Shown here piece after piece: positions 24,201-37,600 of a stretch of DNA of 64,000 bases. The notes below the pieces were generated by a model. It did no database searches. It saw only the letters and a list, made by a program, of their open reading frames with translations, and was not told the origin of the DNA. Numbering within the stretch: the stretch's first letter is position 1; each line of letters starts with the position of its first letter. A program made the position numbers and the translations under genes. Origin of the DNA: Hyphochytrium catenoides (Eukaryota; Protista; Hyphochytriomycota); the NCBI GenBank assembly GCA_900088475.1, contig FLMG01000261.1, positions 145,493 to 209,492 of the forward strand, in the 5' to 3' direction.

Positions 24201-27200
24201 TCCCGCAACTTGATGTTAGAGGCGTTTCTGGCGCGTGTTTGAGTACGCGATGATCCCTCCTCGAAACTATAACCCAGAGCAGATAGCCATTCAGAAGCCC
24301 CATATACCTGAAGGGCACGCTTCACTGAGCGAATACCCTGGGCCTACTGCCTTCTGCATACCAGGTACTTGTCTAACCCCAGCTGATATGCTTGGCATTA
24401 GAGCTTCATGCCTTACTTCATTTTATCCCTACTAACCCCAGCACCGTTTGCCTTGGAGTTTTGCTTAAAATATGATGAGGGATGTGCTCTCAAGCCGTAT
24501 GCATACTATTAGGCAACCACGACTGGTATGATGGGCTGGGCACTTTCCTACGCTTTGTTTGCCACAGGAATTGGTTGGGAGGTTGGCTCCTACCTCAGTC
24601 TTCGTCTTACTTCGCACTCAAGCTGCCTAACGGCTGGTGGCTCTTTGGCTGTGACTTGGCACTGGAGGATGACCTGGACTTGCCCCAATACAAGTTCTTT
24701 GCAGATGTATGTTTGGGAACTCATCTATAATACCTCAGGTTCCCCTAACCTTACGGACGAGCTCATTGCCATCCTCGTATACCTCTCTTCCGCCGCGTCT
24801 CCTCCACCTCTTACGCTGCCGCTATAATGACCTCTCAAACCTCCCTTCTTAACTGTAACCCTAAGACACCCAACCAAAGAGCTTAGGCTACTTGTTTATG
24901 TTCACTCTCCTTACCTTGGTAGATTGCAACATCCCGAATGAAACCCTCAGATCGGGTGATCCTAGTAACGCATGAGCCTAATTGGATACTTGATGCCTAT
25001 CACAGACAAACCACAGGTGGGTCAGAGACATATAGGGAATTCTAGGGACATCACGCTCTTTTCAAAGGCTACTCACTGTCTGCAAACCCGCCAAGTTTTT
25101 AACCTGGGATACATGACCCTATTTAAATGCCTCTAACGCCACACTTTTCTCTACAGGGGAGAACCTCCGCCACCTCATAAATGTTGTCCTAACGAACCGT
25201 GTTGCCTTGAGGTAAGTGAGGAGTGGAAATAGAAGCAGGAAGAGAACAGGTCTGGAAAGAGAAGACAAAGGAGGACGAGGACACGCTCCCAAACAGTAAT
25301 TTTTTGAATACGATAACCTAACTATGTTTTTACACAGGCTGGCTGGAGACATCCACAACTATCAGCGACACTCCCCTCTGCAAGTAAGCGCAGAAGGATT
25401 GGCCTCCCCTTTATGGCGTTGCTTCTTAAACTCTCCTCTAAACTGGCTATTCTTTCTTTCTCAGAGCGATAGGGATTTGTTTGCATGGGCAGGACAGGAG
25501 CAGAAGCCACCCCGTGCACAGTCCTTCGTGGCGCTCAATACACAACCAGATCAAGTTACAAGAGATGGGCCCAGCAGGGAAACCGACGCGCGTAACAGAG
25601 CCGAGATCATTGGAGATGTGTTCCCTTCCCTGATTTCGAGCGCGTCTGCTTCTTCTCTTGCTCTCTCTCCCCGGTACTCATCCTCTTTCTTCTCTCTAAC
25701 AAGAGAGCAGCGCTATCACCAGCCTCCTGTGCCATCTAAGCACCCAGTACTGGTGGTTGCAGGAGGGGGTGGTGCCTTTCTCCATCCAACTCACGCTCCT
25801 GATATGGAGGGCATCAATGTTGACGGGGTTACCTACAAGAGGAAAGCCACATTTCCCTCAGAGACGGTTTCCAGGTACGATACGACAGAATGGACCAGAC
25901 GGTGGTGGGCAAGAGATGATCATAGAGACCCACAATAAGCGCTTGGTACTAGAAAGAAGAGAGTTACCAAAGCGGGGATTGGCACTTTATCAGCTCACAG
26001 CTTTTATCCAGGCAGTATGCCCTACTTAACATCTTTGGCTTTCGCAAGCGTCATTGGCGAATAGACTTTGTCAGCGCTATCACGGTGAGATTTTTGGGTC
26101 TAAGTTGTCTTGTCAGGAATGCGCTGATTAACGCCGCCGTAATGAATGTTCTACCGTGTGACTGCTCTCTCATCTCTATCGCCCCTATCCTGTCAGTACT
26201 TTGGCCTTGCCCTATCCCTATTACCTCAGTGCAAGACAAGAATGTACCACGTAAGTTACTTGTACGCGCCCTGCTTATTTTCCGGACTCTTGTATGGATC
26301 GCACCGTCATGGGAGTCCTTCAGTGATGCTTCCACTCATCGCCATGGCGGCATGTCATTATTCAAAAGAGCGATGAGGAGTGTTTGCGCAGCCTGCGGCC
26401 ACCTCTGCTAATCCCTAGCTCTTCTGTTATCCTTTTGTAGGACACTAATGGGACATTTCTGAGCCGCTTTATCTCAACTGTGTTTGAGATGGAGAGGACC
26501 CTCCTTCTGGAGTCATACGTCTCTCTCGGAGCGATGATCATGCTTTCTATGCACCTGGTGCTGTTCTCGGACTTCCGGTACGGGGCCTCTGCCGGCCGGT
26601 CGTTGTTTAAAGTCTTATTCACCTTCAGCCGGTCTCGTTCCTTCAAGCATCTGCTACTGTGCCGTGTCTACTGTCTTGCAACTGTGCTGAAACTTCTCAT
26701 CTGTTTTCATCGTTTCGGGACTCCTTTCATTAGATCGACGCCAACGCGGCTCTTGTCAGGGATATGTCACTGCTTCTGCCACGTCACAGCTGCCTTAGGA
26801 ACAGCAGCCGCGTTGGAGTCAATTATTGATCTTGGCATATCAGGGTGGGTACCATTCCCTCTCAGTATGGGACCACTTTTCTTCTGTTCTTATTACTTTG
26901 GTCACTCCTATGTTTGTAAATCTTTGTTCTTAACACACATAATGCTTTTGCTATGATTCATAGCGGCGGCCTAGGGACGCAAGGCCTTGACTCCATCTGG
27001 CGGTTGCTGACTGCGAAGCTACCACAAGAAGTTCCTGAAGACTTGTCGGCTTACGATCTCTTGGGGTTGGGAAGGACACTTATCCAACTTATTCATCAAC
27101 TTACAGTCCTCTATAATGGTATCCACCTTCTCCAAACTTTTCCACCTTCCAGGCCTTCGTTCACTGCTCTCGAGCACCTCTAGCTCATGGAAGTTTACTC

Positions 27201-28426
27201 TTCTGTATGGATTGGTACTTTTTGGGATTGTAGTTCAGTCCTTACTGAACTCCACCTTGTTGCATAATCCTCATGTCTAATGCCTCTTAAATTGCACTTC
27301 ACTAGTCCCCGAGATGCATGCTGAGGTTCGGATTAAGGTTAGTGAAGGGCTTGTGAATTGCTTTATGTCATTATTCAGTCTGAACATGGCATGCCATGTG
27401 GACATGCGTCATGGCCCCTGTCAGACGAAGTGATCATTCGCAACGTCCCAAGCTTTGCTCCCCTACGTTTCTCTCAGCCATTCGCCTCACTGTTGCGCCG
27501 GACTTGCTAGGCTTGTAAGAGCGGCTTTGACTCTTTGAGCAGAGGGGAAGCAATCACTTTTTATGTCACGTGGTTCCTCTACTACTTTATTATGGTGAGT
27601 GCCAATACCCGGTTGTTTCACATCTCTCTTCTTGGAGACAGACGTCACAGTTACTGCCGCCCACTTGCTTATCTCTCGCCCCAACCTTATACACTGCGGT
27701 GCTGTATTTCTGAGTTCAAATTCTTAGCGTTTCTTGTTAGTGATTAACACCCGTTAATCCCAAGGCGGCGCCCGTCTGTGCTGTAGTCTTCGGGACTTAT
27801 CTCTACGTATCAGTCAACTTTTTTGGAGTCCACTATAACGAGGCTTTCTCGTCATTGAAAATTGAGAACTACAAGCACATCGTCCGCATACATATCAACA
27901 GTGAAGGGGAGTGCGAAGTGTTCACATTAGGAGTGGAGAAGGTGCCTAAGAAGTGGATAAGGTCAGTCAGCGCGAACACCTGTTTTGGTTTTGTTGCTCT
28001 CGCTTGTCTCTGTGGCTCACTACCCATCGCGAGCGCTTCATTGGAGCTTCTTTTATTCTTCTGCTCTCGTCCCTGGGCTTCATATCTCTCAGCACTATAT
28101 CTGACTTGAGACACGACATGCACCCTCGTCCTCCTCATTACTTTCTCTATCTTCACCAAATTTACCTAGCTACTGATCGCTGAACCCCTTCTCCTCTTGT
28201 GCATGTATCTTTTAGGGATGACCAATGGTCTGGAAGCAACCGACTTAGACACCTTCACGGCGAGATCCCTTCCTATCAGCATCATAGACCCAGTAGGTGG
28301 CAGCCGCGGAATAGCAGGCTTGAGGATATTCTGAGGATTGATTTCGATGAGACCGCCGGTGAAGAAGAGAAGAGGAAAAGGAAGGACCGGTACGAAGTAA
28401 AGGTGGTTGACTACTTTAGCGTATAA
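21280..28426 (+). CDS. multi-pass membrane calcineurin-like metallophosphoesterase (resembles the plant At4g11800/At4g23000 type); multi-exon
   Basis: N-terminal TM exons, then ELWLDFMADCGDGFNSSYQVARMLAQP, LPRGDCLVIGGDLAY, PGNHDWYDGL, LGGWLLPQSSSYFALKLPNGWW, ILVTHEPNW, LAGDIHNYQRH and LVVAGGGGAFLHPTH. Further TM segments and HYNEAFSSLKIENYK follow; stop TAA at 28424-28426. Confidence 0.9.
24053..24104. repeat. 27-nt-period tandem duplication in an intron
   Basis: tgccgctttccattagcctatggtg occurs twice, separated by aa. Confidence 0.95.
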
Positions 28427-28648
28427 TTCAGAGAGAGATAGGATACAGAAGTGAGAGTGAGAATAGCCTTTGATGATCTCTATTCGACCTTGCTGGGGCG
28501 AAGGTGAGAGAGGGTCACAAGAGACCAAAAGGAAGCAGGCAACGAGTAGCACAGGTGTGGGACCAGGGACTAGATTTTTTGTAATGCTTTCGCCTCACTA
28601 GCGAACTTACAACTCTCTATTGGCAAAACAATGTCTATATTTGTAGCG

Positions 28649-31600
28649 TCATCTCCCTGCAGCACTGGCTGCCCTTTCTGCTGCCGCCATCATAGCGGCC
28701 GAGAGATTTCTTAGCAAAGCGCGAGTGGTTAGGGAGAGAGAAGCTAGTAGAGATGCAGTCCAGCTTGCTCTTGTTAGCTGAGAACGGGTGGCAAGCTTCA
28801 CTCGTTGATTCTTGAGATCTTTGTTTTGAGCTCCGCTTTCCCTGCTGGCACCTGCTTCATCTTCTCGCTTCACCCTCTCTCTCTCCTCTTCGTCTCGCTT
28901 CATCTTCTCTCGGTACTGTGCCGCTGCTGCCTGGACTTCCGCCTCTGTGTCATTGAAGTCTATTGCACCGGGTATTTTGAACGGCCTTGACGGTTCCCTA
29001 TGTAAAACATATTCGCACATGCTGCGAAGGTCGTTCCTACCACCCAATGGATCTGTTGGGCATAGCGTGGAGGAAACCAGAGGAGCAACCTCAGCAGGAT
29101 ACAAGAAAGAAAGAGCTCAATCGACCACGACCAAGGCTTATGACGATAAAAGGGGCTGTATTGTGGACATATAGGAAACACTGCTTAGCGAGAAAGGATA
29201 ATCGTCTGCAAGACCGTGTTGAGATCAAAGAGAGCATCTTTGGTACCTCTTTCCACCTCCTGGCACAAATCTTGGTACTGCTCCTTGAGGGCGCAAATCT
29301 CACACGCAGCCGTCTTCGTACAGAGAGGACATGAAGAAATAGTCTCGCAGTCCTTGTACTTCTTGTATGGCCTGGAAAGGGAATGGTGAGAAACACCCAA
29401 GGACCTCGTAAGAAGACAGGAGGAAACTAAGGCTTCTCATGGTCAGGTATCAATTGTTGGCAAGAAGATGACAATTAGAGAGTAAACATCAGGCATTCCT
29501 ACATACAATGGTCCGCAAGACGGGCACGTGTTAAAGATAGGGTTGAATTAGAAAAGGAAAGGAGAGCGACGAGCAGGAGTTGGCTAAAACGGGGACGAGA
29601 AGTTCAAGGGCCATCAAAGTAAAGTCGCGTCTGCATGTGTGATCCCCAGAGGTCCACTTACTGCTCATAGCAGCTCAACTGGCGAAGTACTTTCATTGCA
29701 TCCGCATCTGCTTTGACGGCACTGACGTAGCTGCTTTCCAACTCACTGCGGTATCAGCTTCAGTACACTCTGTCTGATTGAATCCTTCCATCTCTGCTTG
29801 CTCTCTCCCTGACCGGTGAAATCCAACTTCTACCTCAATATCTTTGTGGCTCCTAAAGTGCTCCGTATCTTGTATGTCATTCTTTCACTCTTCGCTAACC
29901 CTTCACACTCACCTCAATCTATTTTCTGGCCGGACGGTAACCATCGTTGTTCCCTCGCCACAGTGGACGTGCTTCACCTTTCCTACGCCTTCGTCTGCAG
30001 CTGAGGTGCCCAGCACTTCCACCTGACCCAGGTGCAGATATTCAATCTATGCGCAGCACAAATAGCAAAGAAATGTAATAAGACACTAAGCGGACGAGCG
30101 GAAGGCTGGTGATGTTGATGATAGAGGTTAGGAAGAAAATGGTCAGGGGTAGTGCTGTTCAATATGTCCTCTCCATCATCCCCAAAGTCTCTCGGTTGCT
30201 CATAGCCTTTGTGCGTTCCACCTATTCAATTGTCGAGAGGGCGCTACCTTGTCCACAACTATTGAGATGTATCGTCCATAGCTTCGAGCGGGAAGATCCC
30301 ACCTGTGAGGTTAGGGTGACCCATTTATGTCACATATAGGACACAAGTTAGAAAAAGACAAGAAGCGTGTCAGCCGAGTCTCTACCTAGATGAGAGTGAC
30401 TGTAGCGTTACGGAGCATGCTAGGATGGGAGGCCGGAAATCCGACCAGGACTAAGACGGGCCGTAAACAGAGGAACATACGTGAGACTGCTTCTAACAGA
30501 CTGACACAATTTGATCCAAGGACACATAAGATAGAAAGGAGGTAGTGATGAAAGAAGCATGAAAGAAGACAGAAGAAGACAAAGGCATCCATCGGCTGGT
30601 CGAAGCTGCCGAGGAAGGCCGACCAGATATCACCTGAGAACCATACCGCCTGACTTGAACTTTGTGTAGGTAACAGATGTCGATATTGTCGCGTCAAGAG
30701 GACTACGACCGCCTTTAGATTGCAAATATGTGCCAGATTGCCGGAGAGAAGGAGCCCAGGAGGTGTCAGAACAGAGTTGAGAGCAACTTCAAACGAGAGG
30801 AAAGAAGAAGGGCAGAGGAAGGCACAGCTCCAGTGACTCGCCAGCAGAGTCTTGAAACACGTGGCACTGCATGCTATGAAGTGAGGAGGCGCGTCCATAA
30901 TATTATTCCTAGCTAATGCTAACCTTTCTCTGTGGTTAGAGGAGGCTTCTTTTCCGAAAGAAGTACATAACAAGGGAATAGTCTCGACTGATACTCATCC
31001 TCCTTCAACGACTTGTCAAACGGCTTGTCCGTGCGGTTACATATTCTAACGCTGTAGACGTGGGAGAGAGTCCCAAGATCCACCTTGAGGGCAAAAAGAC
31101 ACGGAGAGACAACCGGGTGGAGCATACAAGCAAGATACAGTGAGATAATACGGGAGGTGGGACGAGTCTGACAAGAGAGGAATAACAACGAAGGCCCTGA
31201 TTCTTACGATCCGCCTATAAGACCCCTATTCCCAGAGTGTAAAGCTGTCTTTAGAGTCAAGAAAGAGTAAAGAGGTTTAAGAAGCATGGAGAAAGGCTAA
31301 AAGGTCGTCGTATCTTGTCCCTCAACAATGGGCACTGAAGAGATGTAGTACGCGCAGAAACTGGGGTTGACTTTAACTTTATCATGGAGGCGGACTCGAG
31401 GAAGGAATGACGAGTAGCGGAGCACTGAGAAGAGTAACAATTCTGTCTCACCTGCCACCACGGTCGGTCATCTCGCTGGGCACGTTATGAGTCCAAGAAC
31501 AGAAGATAGTGATTGAGTCAACGGGAATCAGTCAGTAGCAAATACAATACAGTGACGGAGTAGAATAAAGTGGTACGACGTAGTAGGGAGGCGACCTGAA

Positions 31601-34600
31601 GCGAGAGATGAGAAATCAGTCCTTCACCTGTGTATGGGTGCAATTCTCCTCGCCGTAGCAGTTGAGATTCCCGTCATTGGCGTACAATGCCTTTCAGGAT
31701 GCAGGTGGAAAGTGTCAGGAACAACATGGAACATCGCATGCGGACGAGACGAACTAGGGAACAATAGACGCTGCGCTATTAACTATCCTTAAGTCACATA
31801 TAATGAACAGAGGATGAAAACATTCTTGGCCAAAGAGAGCTCTAGCCGTACTTCTCTCTTGTTATAGACCGAGCTCTGATACGCCGGGCGACGGAGCGCA
31901 ATGTTCGCTGGGGAAATGTGCAGGCATCTCACCAAACGCGGAAAAGGGATAAAACGCTCGGCGAGAGGATGTCCGCAACAGCTTAAGAAAGTATTAGTGT
32001 ACGTTGCGTTAAAAGGAGAGACGCTCTGACACAGAGGGAGATGGAAAGACGCCAACTCATGGTAGAGAGATACCAGCAAATACAAATTGGAAGAAGGAAA
32101 CGACTTGTAGAAGTACAAGAGAAGGAGGACAAGGGTGAGAAGAAAGAGATAGGGAGGAAGTAGCCTGGGCGTTTACCCATTATCGTTTGTTCCCCACGTG
32201 TACAGCTCACCCTCTTGAGTGAGGACGGCGGTGTGACTGGTCCCACAGCTTACTTGAGTCCCACACTGTTGAGAAAAAATGTAGATAGGTAGAGGTCGAT
32301 TGAGCAAAGAGTGGAGGTTACTAAGAGTGAACAGTGACAAGACAGAAAGAAAATTATATTGCTTCTTCCATGGAAGAAGCTATGGAAGCGTTGGAAAGAG
32401 ACAGAGAGAGAAAAGGAAGAGATGAGCTAGCCCAAGGCGACCCGATCCACATAAGGTGTCAAGTGCCCTTTCCTTACCTTCCCCAGTTTGGATAAAATCG
32501 CTATCTCCGTGAATACAGGGCAGAAGACACCTACAGCACCAGGAAGGTAACTATGTTAGAGCAAGACAGCCTTGAATGCTAGGCTAGATCTACGCAATCC
32601 ATTCAAGCTAACATGAAGAGGTCAGGAACAGCAGCGGCCCGCTAAAAAGAGAACAACTATGGCTAGTTTTTTACAGTATCGGCATGATCGATACACAAAG
32701 ATGGATGACAAGTGCAGACATCAGCTCCCTCGTGCTTGAGACAACCTAGAGCTTGTGCAGTCCCTGCCACGTAAACCTTTCCTCCGACGAACACCTCATC
32801 ATCGTTGGCGTTACTTCTGTCTCTTCTTCCTCCGTTCGTTTGTCCTTCTTTCCTTTCAACCACCGTCACGACTGCCGAATGATAGCCACCACAAGAAACC
32901 TTAAAATTGAGAGGTGGCCACAAAGTGATGACCGGAGAGAGTGCGCGTGAAGGATTGAGTTGATGAGTAAGAGAGAGTCAGAGAGAGAACTTGAGTGAGT
33001 GGTGAGTGGAGGAAGTGAGGGAAGAGGTGCATAGGAGACAACGTAGTGGGCGTCTACACTCTTAAGACAAACAACAGGATAAGCTACTGTTTAAGATAGG
33101 GAAGAGGAAGATGACTGGAGGGTTTGCGAGGGCCCACCTGCCACACTCTTTCATGAGTCAACCCTTGAACTAGAGTCGGCCTGAATAGAGTTCTAGAACG
33201 ACCCTGGGAGGGGAGAAGAAGGCTCTCTTTCCTCTTGTCGTCGTCACCGAGGCCCAACCTGCCGCCATCGTTACTACCCCATACCCAGAGCTGACCAGTG
33301 ATCGAGACGGCAGCTGAGTGAGAGAACCCGCAGGAGACCTACTGCGACGGGAGGACGTAACACCGTTGTTGGTCAAGATATTCTTTATCGTTTTCAGCAT
33401 TGAGATAAGCGATGGCCAAATAGGTCCGGCACATACGGCAGGTAGAAAACCGCATGATAAGAAAGGACGAAGCGGATTCCTGAAAGGACCTAGAAGAGGA
33501 CTGCAGTCTCACAGTGAACAGGTCAAGAAAAACGGGAGAAGGATGAAAAATTCTCCCTTCACTTCCTTATACAAGTATTGGCTTGCCTGTCTTATCTTGA
33601 CTATCTCCGAGAAAGCGATTGGAAGAGGTTGGGAAGTGAACCATTCGTCGACTCCTTCTTCTTCCTCTCCTTCAACTTTGCCTTCATCTACCATCGTTCT
33701 GTCAAGACCATGAGCCCAAGGATCTACCCCTAGCTTTCCGCCTCCTCCTGACCCCCAGGCATAGAGTGTGCCATCAAAGGTCACGGCTGCACTATGAGAG
33801 TGGCCTAATGAAGAGCAACGGAGAGTGATGGCCATGAATTGGTGGGCGCTATCGTGAGACAAAGGAGAAGGTTGAGTCAAGAGATGTGAAGAGAAAATAA
33901 CGAGAACAAGAGCAAAAAAGGAAAGACCAAGGGCATGACAGAAAAAAGCGACTTGAAGTCAACAAGCGCAGAGGAAAGACGCTCTCTGCTGACCGCAATC
34001 AACTTGGGCTATCCTTTCTCGCGCAAAAGCTCTTATCTTCTCGGGTCTTCCTCTATCAAGACCTGCAGTACTCTCCTCTCCATGGCCCAGACGGCCAACA
34101 AGACCTAGACCCCAAGAGTACACTTGACTAGAACCACAGGTCAGAATGGCACAAGCAACAACGATGCAGAAAAAGCAACAACGATGCAGAAAAAGGTGGG
34201 GAGAGAGGGGGAAAGCAGGCAGAGAGGAGGCAAGTAACGATAGAACGACGTCACTAGAAACTGGCCTACGTGTCAAATAGTTGCCTGATTTGGGGGATAG
34301 TAGACTGAGGGACGGTTTGAGACGTTAGACAAGGAGTCTCCGAGGGGGACACACATACCCTGAACGATGTAAAGCACACGCGTGGTACGAACCCACAGCT
34401 ACCTGTAGAGCAAGTGCGGAGAATCAACAAAATAAGAGATAGTGAAGGGAAGGAAAGCAAGAAGAAGCAAAACATACACGTTGTAGAAGGAAGGACAGTT
34501 CTCATAGCACCGCCGTCGTAGTAGCTAGATGAAAAAAGGTAATAGCCACTCCCCTAAAGCAAGGCCCAATGCAGGAGGACAGGTGAGGCCAAGCCTTCAG

Positions 34601-37600
34601 AGCATCTTCCTCGGTGGCACCTGAACAATGCTGCTGCTTCCCGACATGTGTTTGATAGCAGAGCCTCTCGGGGTAATTCCACTCGTGTCAACAGAAACCT
34701 CCCTCTTCTGTTTCTCTCGCCCTTTCTCGGTCCCGTCTTTGCTGGTACTATTGTTATTGCTGGGCATATCCTATACGGTAAGAAGGTAATAGAACAGTTT
34801 CCGCTCGATCAGAAGAAGCAAGGCAAACCAGCACACAGAGGCAGCAAAAGCGGGTGCTAGAAAGAAGAGAAAGCCTAGTCTAAGGCAGTGTGGTTTGACA
34901 CTGAGAGACAAGATTGACGGAAGGGCGAAAGGCACATTAGTGAACGCCAGATTCTGGCAGGACAAGGGACAAGCGATGCGAGTGGCGAGTCATCTGCAGT
35001 TTTTACCTCTCTCTTTATCTTTTTCTCTCTTTGTTGCCTCTTGAAGTCCGCTTCGACCTGCTTCAAGGCCTGAAGTCTTTCCTGCTGTTTTTGTAGCTTT
35101 TCCTCTTCGAGGTTAAGAACTATGAGTCAAAAAATGCTGTCCGCTCTTTCACCTCCCTCAAGACTCGACTATCCTCTGAGCATTCCTTATTGGCGCTTCA
35201 TTCTTCTCCTTGTCTTTGTCTCTGCTCCTGCTCCTGCGCTCTCCCTCTCGTTCTTCTTCTCCTATTCGCTTCTTCCCTGCCCTGTACCACTACTGAGGAC
35301 CCCTTTCTTCAAGGATAGGACGATTACTGCTAGTCTTTCCTGCTGTACGTCCCCAAAGGCTACTCTATTGTTTGCTCATTTCCTTTTTTATAGCCGTGAC
35401 TGACCTAGGAACTCTGCGTGCTTCTGCCTCGACAGCTCCCCCCAGTATTTCATGAAGAACTTCCGGTGCCTAAGGAAAGGAGAGGAGAATGAAGGAGAAA
35501 GAAGGACATCTGTACAAAGACAAACTGGTGGACGATCATCCCTTCATGGCCCCGAAGAAAAGCGTGAAAATAAGGAGAGGTGAAGGAGGGAACTTTTAAG
35601 ACCATAGAGAAGCGATAGGGAGGATCGCATAGAGTCACTACGAATGGTAAGACCGGAAAGCCGGTCTTTTTGCTTCGATTCCTCGGCTTACCCCTCCCTG
35701 TCATCCTTTAGGTGCTGCTGTCTTCTCTCCTTGATGCCTTTCTCTCTCTCCTTGAACTCCTTATGCAATTCTGGGCCTAGGAAATCTAGCTCAAGGGCGA
35801 AGAGATCCTCAAGAAGCTGCAGAAGGAAGAGACGGGACTTGGAGCGGCAGTCGAAGCCGCGCATCTGAAGTAGAAGAAGAACCTCTTGGTCAGCGAGCCA
35901 ACTAATGCCCAAACTGCAATGTAAGGTTAAGAAGAATAAAAACGTGGCTTTGTGAAGAGAGGGAGTCGTAGCGATAGAAAGGAGAGTAGACAGAAGAGCA
36001 GCATTAAAATGTTACCATTGCCGAGAGATTGAGGTCATCCTTGGTTATGAGCGGGTAGAATTTGTTCTTAACGTAGTCCTCCATCGAGAAAGAGCGTTGT
36101 CTTTGCTGGGCTAAAGACGGACTTTCCCACTTATCATAGTACTCAGCCACGGTTCGAGACCTGGAGACCGGAGAATCCCGGGGAGAAGAGGTGTAGCACG
36201 AACGGTTACACAGCTGTCCCGGGATGAGATGTCTACTATTTCTTGGCTATTGATGGCCACTTGGTGGAAAAGAGATAGAATTCATGGCCCTAGAGCGGAC
36301 AGCGGAAAGATTGGACGGAGGCAGCGTGACAGAGGGAGTAGAGCTCTGATAACACGGACTGAATAGAGAAAGAGGAGAAGAGATGGAGATATTGATGTGC
36401 TTACTTGGAGGCTGGCGCCTTGCTGGATGCCATGCTGAAGGCACTCCCCAGCCTTCTGAGGCTTAGGGCGCTTCCCACCCTTCCTTCTTCCTCCACCTCT
36501 TCATCTTTCTCCTTTTCCTCATGAGCAGCCAATGCAAATGAGCGACCTCCGCTAGATCCTCCTCTTTCTCCGGCCTCCCCAACGGCGCCTCTTGGCATCA
36601 TCTTCATCAGTCTAGAGCGCTCCGTCAGTGGACCTCCTTCCCCTACAATTTCACGGGACGCTGAGCAGACGGGAGCACAGTGAGAGATAGTGTGGGCAGA
36701 AGGGGAGAATAGGAGACGGCGTCGCAAACATGGGTGGGGAAAGGTGAGAGAGAAACGCTTTATCAGGATGATAAGAAAGGACAGATATCAGGGTTTGTTC
36801 ACCCAAACACAAAGCAAGGTTCACTCTTCGCTTTGCCCTTCTCCATTCTCACTTGGACCGGTTTTCAATCTCTCTCCACCCAGATCTCTCTCCTCATGTT
36901 ATATGACATCACCTTCTACTTCAGTTCCTCTCCTCACTAGATTTTCTCTTCTCTCTACTATTTTTTTTTCTCTAGTCTACTACAAAGTCGTCATACCTGG
37001 GCGCAGGAACTTTAGCTTCCTCTTTGCTGACTGCATGTCCTCCTGATGGGCAGTGTCAGCGGTCCCCGGCCGCTCTCCAATGTTGACCTTCCCCTTTTCT
37101 TCACGTTTTCCTTTTCTCTTCTGAAACCCTTCCTCCATTGCCTCTATAATTTGCTCTTCCCAGTGGTGCTTCTCTCGCCCTCCCCAAGAGTAAAGTTCTC
37201 CCAGGGATGAGAGGGCGTAGGCCACTCTCCTTCCCCCTCTGACCTCTCTGATCCCTTGGCCCCATAGCCACACGCTGTGGGTTGCTACCGCCAGACCAGC
37301 AAAAGCCCTATATCGCGGGTCTACTTCTAAAATTTCTGCCAGATGCTCCTCTTCTTCCTCTCTCCTCCTGCGAAGTTCCTCTTCCTCTTTCTCTCCTCTA
37401 CGTCGCTTTTCTTCCCTTTCTAGCTCATACTTCCTCTGTTTCTTTGCAAAGAAGCGCTCGGCAGTGACGCTGCCTCTCTTAATGACATCCGAGAGTTCCC
37501 CCACTTTCTCTTTTCCAACCGTCTTTGCTTCTGCCATTACCGTTCGAGCTTTGAGTTGAGCCTTTTGTGCTTCATACTCTGCAAGGGAGAATTGACATGT

